From a virus (lineage: Duplodnaviria; Caudoviricetes): a stretch of 28,714 bases of DNA. Below, in pieces: positions 1 through 6,041 of the stretch. A model generated the notes under the pieces. That model saw nothing but the letters and a program-made list of their open reading frames with translations. It was not told the origin of the DNA and did no database searches. A program made the translations under genes and the position numbers. The DNA lies in IMG/VR virus record IMGVR_UViG_3300043442_000682, positions 1 to 28,714 of that record. One strand, 5' to 3'. Numbering within the stretch: the stretch's first letter is position 1; every line of letters begins with the position of its first letter.

Positions 1-86
1 AGGAACCGATCCTTGACCCATCGGTTTCTTGTCCAGCAGATGATGCCGCAGTCGGTTGCCATCTTTAAAACGTCTTGCTTGTTCAT
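1..86 (-). CDS. small hypothetical protein (partial, runs off the left edge), member of the modular small-gene cluster
   Basis: ATG at 86 overlaps the TGA of 83..415 (ATGA). Translates MNKQDVLKMATDCGIICW..., similar to the N-terminus MDRDDIIKMAREAG of 1208..1432. Not in the ORF track. Confidence 0.6.
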   Translation of the reverse strand, partial: MNKQDVLKMATDCGIICWTRNRWVKDRF

Positions 87-415
87 GCTTGTGCTCCTAG
101 GTTAAATGGATCGTGGAAATTGAACTTCGGTGCTTTGGCTTTCTTTTCTTTGACCTCCCTTTCTGTGACGACGTAGCCGTATGCCCACCCCGGCTTGTTA
201 GAAATGACAGACTGACGCTTCATGAGTTCGCGCTTAATCAATCCTTGATCTAACAGCGGCATCAGTGAGTTGGATATGGACTTCGTTGTCATGCCCAGCT
301 TGCTCGCTAGTTCTTTGAGCGTCACCGGAGTTGTTCTAGTCTGCATATACTGAAGACAAGCTTGACCGCGATCTTCTTTCGCTTTGATTCTCAGCCTAAC
401 AATCCCCATGCTCAT
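83..415 (-). CDS. winged helix-turn-helix DNA-binding protein (MarR/ArsR-like)
   Basis: VTLKELASKLGMTTKSISNSLMPLLDQGLIKR matches a wHTH pattern; AGGGGTGAG RBS upstream. Confidence 0.7.
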   Translation of the reverse strand: MSMGIVRLRIKAKEDRGQACLQYMQTRTTPVTLKELASKLGMTTKSISNSLMPLLDQGLIKRELMKRQSVISNKPGWAYGYVVTEREVKEKKAKAPKFNFHDPFNLGAQA

Positions 416-965
416 TGCTCACCCCTTTCTCTGATGGCTGCGGCGATTTCAGCTCGTCAGATATGCCTACCCATCCACGCTTTTTAGCCTCTTCGTATGC
501 CTGCATTCCTCGTTCGCCGATGCCTACGCCGGTCTGTGTGAGTGTAAAGCGGCAAAAGCCAGTGCTGCACACGAACTCTTGTGGTTGTGGTGTGTTGTAC
601 GAGTACGGCGCATATTCCAAGGCAACTACTTGAAGGCTACCATCAGGTAGTCGCTTGCCGATGCTCACGCAAGGGATGTCTCCTGCTTTGCCCCAATCTA
701 CGCCCCACGCCACCGGCTCCTGCTTCGCAGCCTGCTCTTGCTCACGAATCTGCCAATCAAGCTCGTGCAGCAGGTCTTCAATCGTGTCGCCGTGGCCTGT
801 TGCGTAGCCGCGTTGGATCATCCATGCAGCAACCTTCTCACGCTCTGCTGCGGCGACAAGTGCGGCGAACTTTTGTAACTCCATTGGAGTTGAGCCTGTT
901 TCGTCATAATGTCCTCTGACTGAAATACCAGCCTGTTCAGCAAGTAGTCGGATTCGTTCGTTCAT
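396..965 (-). CDS. hypothetical mosaic protein of the small-gene cluster
   Basis: 189-aa ORF containing modules MNERIR.LAEQ, FAALVAAAERE, KQEPVA and WVGISDE that recur in neighbouring ORFs. Confidence 0.75.
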   Translation of the reverse strand: MNERIRLLAEQAGISVRGHYDETGSTPMELQKFAALVAAAEREKVAAWMIQRGYATGHGDTIEDLLHELDWQIREQEQAAKQEPVAWGVDWGKAGDIPCVSIGKRLPDGSLQVVALEYAPYSYNTPQPQEFVCSTGFCRFTLTQTGVGIGERGMQAYEEAKKRGWVGISDELKSPQPSEKGVSNEHGDC

Positions 966-989
966 TTCTCACCCCTTGCTCTGCGTTCA

Positions 990-1211
990 TTATTCAACTC
1001 CGAAATGTTCTTTAATCTTATTGGAAACATAAATCATAGCCTCATTAAAGCCTTCATAATATTCGCCCTTGGCTTCACTCCATTGACTTTGTTCTGAAAT
1101 TTCGGCACATTCCTTTACAATCAACTCGGCGAACTTTTCCTGATCGAAATACCTACCATCTAATCGCTGATCCCAACATTGCTCAGCAAATTCTCGGATT
1201 CGTTTGTTCAT
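990..1211 (-). CDS. hypothetical protein
   Basis: 73 aa, ATGA coupling with upstream gene, AGGGGTGAG RBS; N-terminus MNKRIREFAEQ shared with 396..965. Confidence 0.75.
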   Translation of the reverse strand: MNKRIREFAEQCWDQRLDGRYFDQEKFAELIVKECAEISEQSQWSEAKGEYYEGFNEAMIYVSNKIKEHFGVE

Positions 1212-1432
1212 TGCTCACCCCTTGCTCTGATAGCTGCTGCTGTCCGGCTACCGTTGCCGGGTAACAGCTCTTCGCACAACTTCGCACACGCCTCACGCTC
1301 TGCTGCTGCTACAAGTGCGGCGAAACGGCGCAGTTCATCATCCCAGTAACCATCTGTAATCCAAACACCATTCTTATCGGTATCCATAAACCCAGCCTCT
1401 CTCGCCATCTTGATAATGTCGTCTCTATCCAC
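1208..1432 (-). CDS. hypothetical protein
   Basis: 74 aa, AAGGAG RBS; FAALVAAAERE module and IRARGEQ C-terminus. Confidence 0.75.
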   Translation of the reverse strand: MDRDDIIKMAREAGFMDTDKNGVWITDGYWDDELRRFAALVAAAEREACAKLCEELLPGNGSRTAAAIRARGEQ

Positions 1433-1901
1433 CGTTCTTCTCCTTTAGTTTGGCTTCGATGGAGATAGCTATTGCTCGGTTTGGAAACAACGCATATGAG
1501 GCGTAGCTAATTATTTCGTCCCGCTCCTCATCAGTCAGCCCAACCCATTCACGCTGCGGGGCTGCTAGGTAAAGCGGGAAAACATCGCTGTGATCTTTGA
1601 ATTCCGCATCAACCTGATTCACTCCATCGTGATAACAAAATGGTTCCTGCCTCTCTGAATATGCAATGACTTCACGCAAATCGTTGATCGCTTCCTCTGC
1701 AACCTTTTGCGGATAGACCGTAATCATTGGCCCTCCATCTTTAGGCTTTCTGACCTGCCATTTAGCTAACGGGTCTAGGAACCTCTCAATAATTTCTAAT
1801 GCGGTTAAAGCTCGTTTCATTGCTTCAGCATGTCCTTGCTTATTAGCCGGACAGTCTCTGCCTTGATTGCACTTCTGATTGCATGGTGGGCAAGTGCTCA
1901 T
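1425..1901 (-). CDS. hypothetical protein with N-terminal Cys cluster (CPPCNQKCNQGRDCP) and C-terminal WVGLTDEE...IEAKLKEKN module
   Basis: 158-aa ORF, AAGGAG RBS, ATGA overlap with upstream gene. Confidence 0.75.
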   Translation of the reverse strand: MSTCPPCNQKCNQGRDCPANKQGHAEAMKRALTALEIIERFLDPLAKWQVRKPKDGGPMITVYPQKVAEEAINDLREVIAYSERQEPFCYHDGVNQVDAEFKDHSDVFPLYLAAPQREWVGLTDEERDEIISYASYALFPNRAIAISIEAKLKEKNGG

Positions 1902-2164
1902 TGATTTTTCTCCTTCAGCTTGGCCTCGATTTGGTCAAACAGTTTTCTTGTATAACCTGTGATAGGCGTATCCCCCCAAGGTCCGATGATCTCTTTGATC
2001 TCCTCATCCGTCAGCCCTACCCAAGGACGCTTGTAAAAGTATGGATGTGATGTGATTGTTACGGGGGCAGACGCATCAAAGGTTATCCTGACTTCGCACT
2101 TGCAGGTGCTGGCAGTTCCAAGCTCCCAGCGTTCACCGCACTTGTAGCATTCACCGTAGAACAT
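1898..2164 (-). CDS. hypothetical protein (CxxC...CxC N-terminus, WVGLTDEE...IEAKLKEKN C-terminus)
   Basis: 88-aa ORF, AAGGAG RBS, paralogous C-terminal module. Confidence 0.75.
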   Translation of the reverse strand: MFYGECYKCGERWELGTASTCKCEVRITFDASAPVTITSHPYFYKRPWVGLTDEEIKEIIGPWGDTPITGYTRKLFDQIEAKLKEKNQ

Positions 2165-2411
2165 TGTTCTTCTCCTTCAGCTTCGCCTCAATCGCACGGG
2201 CAAAAGCTTCTACGTCAAACGAATCTTCCCAATCCCACCACTTCTTACCTACAATATCCCAACGCTCCTCATCCGTCAGCCCAACCCACTCTGTCGGTGC
2301 GCGGTACAAGGCCATACCAACAGGCAAAACAACAGCGGGGTCGGTTGGTTGTATGACGCAATGTCCGTTATGAAAGCCCGTTATATGCGCTACAGGTTCT
2401 TGTTTGCTCAT
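2151..2411 (-). CDS. hypothetical protein (KQEPVA N-terminus, WVGLTDEE...IEAKLKEKN C-terminus)
   Basis: 86-aa ORF, AGGGGTGAG RBS, paralogous modules. Confidence 0.75.
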   Translation of the reverse strand: MSKQEPVAHITGFHNGHCVIQPTDPAVVLPVGMALYRAPTEWVGLTDEERWDIVGKKWWDWEDSFDVEAFARAIEAKLKEKNNVLR

Positions 2412-2605
2412 TGCTCACCCCTTGTATCTTCCCGTGGCATCTTCATGATCCCCTCATAGGTCCCTGGGTAGTGTTCCCTGAGCCTTGCTCCAAGAATCCT
2501 CAGCCACTCGTCATCGCCGTCTAGCTCTATCTCCAGGTCTTCCATGAGGTCCACTATTTCTTTCCGAGTGGCCCTTCGCTTGCCGTCAGTGTCGTCTTTG
2601 CTCAT
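2408..2605 (-). CDS. hypothetical protein
   Basis: 65 aa, ATGA overlaps on both sides, ends in the RGEQ junction module. Confidence 0.65.
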   Translation of the reverse strand: MSKDDTDGKRRATRKEIVDLMEDLEIELDGDDEWLRILGARLREHYPGTYEGIMKMPREDTRGEQ

Positions 2606-3090
2606 GACCTCACCTTTTTAATAGCACTCCAATTGCTCCGACTCATCGTGAGCCGGTGTTCTTGCTGCGCTTGCTGTTCAACAAGCACCCGCTTGTCTTT
2701 GTCCATGGCGCGTATAAAAGACTCCCTTTCCCTACCTTCTTTTTTCCAATCGCTTGGGGTAAATAGCGTGTCCATGCCCCCGCGCGCAAGCCACATGACC
2801 AGTTGATCCTCGGTCATGTTGCTGTCCCAAAGCTTCTCATTCAACCGAGGCAAATATGCCGCCACATACCGCGTCACAGTACATCTCAGTTGCTTTCCAT
2901 GCCGTGGTGTGCGCTTCAAGGCATTGAGCCTTGGGTAGCTAATCTTCTCCCCTTGGACAAACATTCTGACAAGGACGTCCACATATCGGACACCCTTGTG
3001 CCTGAACGCCTTGATCAGGGCCCGATCCCAGAGCTCCTGGAGCATGTCCTCGTGGGCTTCTTTAAGAAGACCTGATAAAAGATCATTCAT
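2602..3090 (-). CDS. hypothetical protein
   Basis: 162 aa with strong AGAAAGGAGA RBS. Confidence 0.75.
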   Translation of the reverse strand: MNDLLSGLLKEAHEDMLQELWDRALIKAFRHKGVRYVDVLVRMFVQGEKISYPRLNALKRTPRHGKQLRCTVTRYVAAYLPRLNEKLWDSNMTEDQLVMWLARGGMDTLFTPSDWKKEGRERESFIRAMDKDKRVLVEQQAQQEHRLTMSRSNWSAIKKVRS

Positions 3091-3115
3091 CGCCTTTCTC
3101 CTTTCTAAACACTCA

Positions 3116-3334
3116 CTACTTTACCTCATCGGTCCAGCTCCGTGGCCAAAGATGCTCGGACTGCTTCTCTGCACCCAGCTCGATGAGCTCAGTGGTCGTA
3201 TAGACCTCCCTAAGCTCCCGTGATCCTGGTCCAACCCAACGGTGTTTGTCAACATAGTGCGGGAAAAACACAAGGCCCTTGAGCTTGAAGACCGGCTGCA
3301 TGACCGTCTCTGCCATCTTGTTGCCGATGATCAT
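3116..3334 (-). CDS. hypothetical protein
   Basis: 72 aa, in operon orientation, ATGA overlap with upstream small ORF. Confidence 0.6.
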   Translation of the reverse strand: MIIGNKMAETVMQPVFKLKGLVFFPHYVDKHRWVGPGSRELREVYTTTELIELGAEKQSEHLWPRSWTDEVK

Positions 3335-3489
3335 ACATCCTCCGCACGTTTCAAAAAGCTCGGGTCTTGGGCCATGTGCCGTAGTTCAATCGACTCGATA
3401 AGTCTTGTCAACTGGCGCACCAAGCGCCAGTTCTCATCTTCCACGGCCATGACAAGCACCGTTTTAACCGTCTCAATGGCATGTTCCAT
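3331..3489 (-). CDS. small hypothetical protein (52 aa, below ORF-track cutoff)
   Basis: GGAGA RBS then ATG at 3489; MEHAIETVKTVLVMAVEDENWRLVRQLTRLIESIELRHMAQDPSFLKRAEDV; fills the gap exactly with an ATGA overlap. Confidence 0.65.
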   Translation of the reverse strand: MEHAIETVKTVLVMAVEDENWRLVRQLTRLIESIELRHMAQDPSFLKRAEDV

Positions 3490-3721
3490 CGTGTTTCTCC
3501 AGTGCAAGATTGATATCCAGGGAAGCGCTGATGCCTGAGACGAAATGCTTCATTATCTGTTCCTTGGTCATTTCGCCTGCGTCAACAACACCCGCACCCA
3601 TAAGCCCAAGCAACCACATCATCACCGCCACGCACTCATCGCCGTCGTAGTCATCTAGCAGCTCGTGCATTTTTGTCAAAAGCTCCTTGGATTCGTCAAC
3701 CCGAACCGCTGTGGGCTTCAC
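3473..3721 (-). CDS. hypothetical protein
   Basis: 82 aa, GTGA overlap with upstream gene, GGAGG RBS. Confidence 0.65.
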   Translation of the reverse strand: MKPTAVRVDESKELLTKMHELLDDYDGDECVAVMMWLLGLMGAGVVDAGEMTKEQIMKHFVSGISASLDINLALEKHDGTCH

Positions 3722-4161
3722 AGCACCCTCCCTTGCAGACGCTCAGCCACAAGCCTTGCGTAGCCTGCGATGTCTTGCCAGCTGTCAAGGTGATTTGGAT
3801 CGCCGTTGATGATCCGGGCGATCTTGTGGCAGATCATGTCCAAGGCTTCGATCTGGTCATCAGCCAAAGCCTTGGACCGTGAGCCGAGTTCCTTGTAGAT
3901 CACACCTTTTAACGACTGCACGATCTTTGATAAGGCCTCAAAGGTCCCATAGTTCTTGCCACGCTCATCCAGCAAAGCCTTGACTTGATCAGCGCTCAGT
4001 GCGTTCGGGTTTAGAGCAATCTCAGACAACGGCACGATCGTGGTCTTGGGCTTGCGAGGGCCGAGCTTGCGGCCTTTCAGGGGCGAAGGCTTTTTGTTTT
4101 TTGTGCCTTTGCGTCGGCCAATGCGCTTGGGCTGTTCATTGAGGGCTGTAACCTGTTCCAT
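3718..4161 (-). CDS. DUF6378-like phage protein with basic N-terminal extension
   Basis: LDERGKNYG...ALDMICHKIARIINGDPNHLDSWQDIAGYARL resembles the DUF6378 pattern. Start moved to ATG 4161 (AAAGGA RBS). Confidence 0.7.
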   Translation of the reverse strand: MEQVTALNEQPKRIGRRKGTKNKKPSPLKGRKLGPRKPKTTIVPLSEIALNPNALSADQVKALLDERGKNYGTFEALSKIVQSLKGVIYKELGSRSKALADDQIEALDMICHKIARIINGDPNHLDSWQDIAGYARLVAERLQGRVL

Positions 4162-4171
4162 GTTGTTTCCT

Positions 4172-4318
4172 TTATGCGTGGTCGTTAGGGTCAAATAAAT
4201 CGGGTTGCTGGGGCTTTAAGCGACGCTCAATGGCGTCGATCGTCTCTTGCATCTGCCTAATCAGTTTGATGAGCTCGTCCTCATCGGGCGTGCTGGGCTC
4301 AATTTCATTGGATGCCAT
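4172..4318 (-). CDS. small coiled-coil hypothetical protein
   Basis: Start moved to MASNEI at 4318 (GGAGA RBS). Confidence 0.55.
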   Translation of the reverse strand: MASNEIEPSTPDEDELIKLIRQMQETIDAIERRLKPQQPDLFDPNDHA

Positions 4319-4475
4319 GTTTTTTCTCCACTGCGCGAACAAAGTCGATCGCAAAAAGTCCTGCTGGTTTCTGATGCCTTGCACATTGCATATAAATGTC
4401 CCAGGCCTCTTCTTCGCTCAAGGGCTTGTGGCCCGTGAGCCATGAGCCAAGGCGCTTGATCCATTGTCTAAGCAT
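4305..4475 (-). CDS. small hypothetical protein
   Basis: Start moved to MLRQWIK at 4475 (GGAG RBS). PLSEEE...FVRAVEKKHGI resembles the GLTDEE...FARAIEAK module of the cluster. Confidence 0.55.
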   Translation of the reverse strand: MLRQWIKRLGSWLTGHKPLSEEEAWDIYMQCARHQKPAGLFAIDFVRAVEKKHGIQ

Positions 4476-4668
4476 GCTCCTGCTCCGACAAAAGAACGTA
4501 AGCATGCTTCAGGCGCTCGGCAATGCGATCCAGATCTAGGTCTGCAACGCGCTGACGCTCGGCTAGGACCTTGGGGTCCTTCCAAGGCGGCAATTGACCT
4601 AAGCGTTCCCACTCAAGAATAAACGTACCTAAGACGTTGGTGGCTTCTGATGTTGTCTTGACCTTCAT
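4468..4668 (-). CDS. hypothetical protein
   Basis: 66 aa, AGAAAGGAGA RBS. Confidence 0.65.
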   Translation of the reverse strand: MKVKTTSEATNVLGTFILEWERLGQLPPWKDPKVLAERQRVADLDLDRIAERLKHAYVLLSEQEHA

Positions 4669-4685
4669 TTCATTCTCCTTTCTGA

Positions 4686-4802
4686 TTAAAACGGTGCTGG
4701 CTCCATGTCTTCCAGCGATTTAACTCTATCACGCTTTCTTTGTTTCTTAACCCAGGCAATGATCTTTTTTTGTTCCTCGGGGGTCCTAAATGGCCACTTC
4801 AT
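4686..4802 (-). CDS. small hypothetical protein (38 aa; 56 aa if started at ATG 4856)
   Basis: MKWPFRTPEEQKKIIAWVKKQRKRDRVKSLEDMEPAPF fills an otherwise empty gap in the operon; not in the ORF track. Confidence 0.5.
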   Translation of the reverse strand: MKWPFRTPEEQKKIIAWVKKQRKRDRVKSLEDMEPAPF

Positions 4803-4827
4803 TTGTTCAGGGCTGAGGGGGAAATCA

Positions 4828-5043
4828 TTAATCCCCTTTTTCTTTTCTGTATGCATTGTATTCCCTCAGTAGTTTGTCGTGCATAGCCTGGAGCTTGTGC
4901 AGCCGGTCATCAGCCTCGGCCCACCGAAGCTTCCAAGTTCTGGCAGCTTCGATGTGGTTAACGGCGTACATGATTGTGCGGGCATCTTCACTGTCTTCCA
5001 TGTACTCAGCCATCAGCCGTAGTCGATCAGTTAGATGTTGCAC
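4828..5043 (-). CDS. hypothetical coiled-coil protein
   Basis: Start moved to GTG 5043 (AAGGAGGAG RBS). Confidence 0.65.
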   Translation of the reverse strand: MQHLTDRLRLMAEYMEDSEDARTIMYAVNHIEAARTWKLRWAEADDRLHKLQAMHDKLLREYNAYRKEKGD

Positions 5044-5296
5044 GATACTCCTCCTTATAAACTTCTTTGACGTTGTCTCTAAATTTCTCAACAACATCGT
5101 GGAAATTGTTCAGCCTGCGTTCTGTCTTGAAGTGTCCAAGCCTATCGGCCATGACAAGAGAAAACATCGCTGCTGCTTTGAGTCTTAGGCACTCATCCTC
5201 TTTCAGTAATCTATCAATGATCCTAGCAACTTCAAAAGACTTCTGAAGCGTGAAGTTGTGGGCATCGTCATCCAGGTGATCCGGGTCCATTGTCAT
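5027..5296 (-). CDS. hypothetical protein
   Basis: 89 aa, AGAAAGGAGA RBS. Confidence 0.7.
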   Translation of the reverse strand: MTMDPDHLDDDAHNFTLQKSFEVARIIDRLLKEDECLRLKAAAMFSLVMADRLGHFKTERRLNNFHDVVEKFRDNVKEVYKEEYRATSN

Positions 5297-5459
5297 TTCT
5301 CCTTTCTAGGTTAGTCAATAAGTATGTGCAAAGATTCAATAGGTACTGGTTTTGTGCTACCTCCATCTCCCGCCGTAACCGATCCCGGCAATTCTTGTAG
5401 TAAAGCAGATTTGCGAGCAGGCTTTCTTGGGTTAGTTTTTCGGTGTTCAAGGATCTCAT
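5268..5459 (-). CDS. hypothetical protein (heavily overlapping 5311..5673)
   Basis: Amphipathic helical-looking ORF from ATG 5459; overlap makes it uncertain. Confidence 0.4.
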   Translation of the reverse strand: MRSLNTEKLTQESLLANLLYYKNCRDRLRREMEVAQNQYLLNLCTYLLTNLERRNDNGPGSPG

Positions 5460-5673
5460 CTTCCAAGTTAATGATGGTGCCCTCATCGAGGGCGTGAATA
5501 ATGTTGACGCGTGAACGCTTTTTGCGAAGCGCCTCGGGCGCGTGATCTAGATCCAACCAAACTGCGGTGATGTCAATTTGTTCTGGAAGGTCAAGCAAGG
5601 GCCGTGGTTCAAGGACCTCGTAGGACACATCGACTTCAATCGCTGGGAGCGTCAGATATAAACCGTTGCGCAT
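5311..5673 (-). CDS. hypothetical protein
   Basis: 120 aa, GGAGA RBS; the C-terminal third overlaps another ORF. Confidence 0.6.
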   Translation of the reverse strand: MRNGLYLTLPAIEVDVSYEVLEPRPLLDLPEQIDITAVWLDLDHAPEALRKKRSRVNIIHALDEGTIINLEDEILEHRKTNPRKPARKSALLQELPGSVTAGDGGSTKPVPIESLHILID

Positions 5674-5920
5674 AAACTTTCTCCATTTCTAAGGCTTTCT
5701 CGGGGTCAATCGTGTTAAGTGTACGTATAAATTCCGCGTAGATCAAGCGTTGAACAATAGAAGTTCTTGTTGTTTGATGAAAATCTGTCATCTCCGAGAG
5801 CATGGCGTAGATCTCTAAAGGAATGGTGACCGTGTTCCACGGTTTGTTTTGTCTGCGCGAGGGGGAGTCTTTTTTGCGTTTGATCCGATACCAAACGCGT
5901 GGGCGACCTTTCTTTGCCAT
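5636..5920 (-). CDS. putative ribbon-helix-helix-type DNA-binding protein
   Basis: Start moved to ATG 5920. Basic N-terminus (KKGRPR) followed by TVTIPLEIYAMLSEM...TRTSIVQRLI, a beta-helix-helix pattern. Confidence 0.55.
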   Translation of the reverse strand: MAKKGRPRVWYRIKRKKDSPSRRQNKPWNTVTIPLEIYAMLSEMTDFHQTTRTSIVQRLIYAEFIRTLNTIDPEKALEMEKVYAQRFISDAPSD

Positions 5921-5931
5921 ACCTAGTTCCC

Positions 5932-5957
5932 AAAAAAAGGCCCGTGAACCACGGGCC
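5932..5957 (-). terminator. Rho-independent terminator after the DNA polymerase gene
   Basis: Minus strand GGCCCGTG-GTT-CACGGGCC-TTTTTTT: 8-bp GC-rich stem plus U7 tail. Confidence 0.8.
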
Positions 5958-6041
5958 AAGTAGCGTTGGGAAGACGCTTAAGGAGACACACACGAACAAC
6001 AGTCCTCATCATACGGCTTCTTTTTCTGTTGGTAAAGGCAT

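Larger units (their letters stand above)
409..2424. repeat. dispersed direct repeats at gene junctions and within ORFs of the small-gene cluster
   Basis: tcattKctcacccctt at 412, 962, 1208 and 2408. 948-983 vs 1194-1229 are 34/36 identical; 409-427 equals 2405-2423; 837-869 vs 1292-1324 are 31/33 identical. ctcctcatcMgtcagcccWaccca at ~1524, ~2000, ~2265. IEAKLKEKN-coding repeats at ~1434, ~1902, ~2166. Confidence 0.9.

Noticed and set aside
409-2424. CRISPR array or diversity-generating retroelement explanation for the repeats
   Set aside because: Spacing is irregular, repeats lie in coding sequence, mismatches are not adenine-specific, and no cas or reverse transcriptase gene is in the window.
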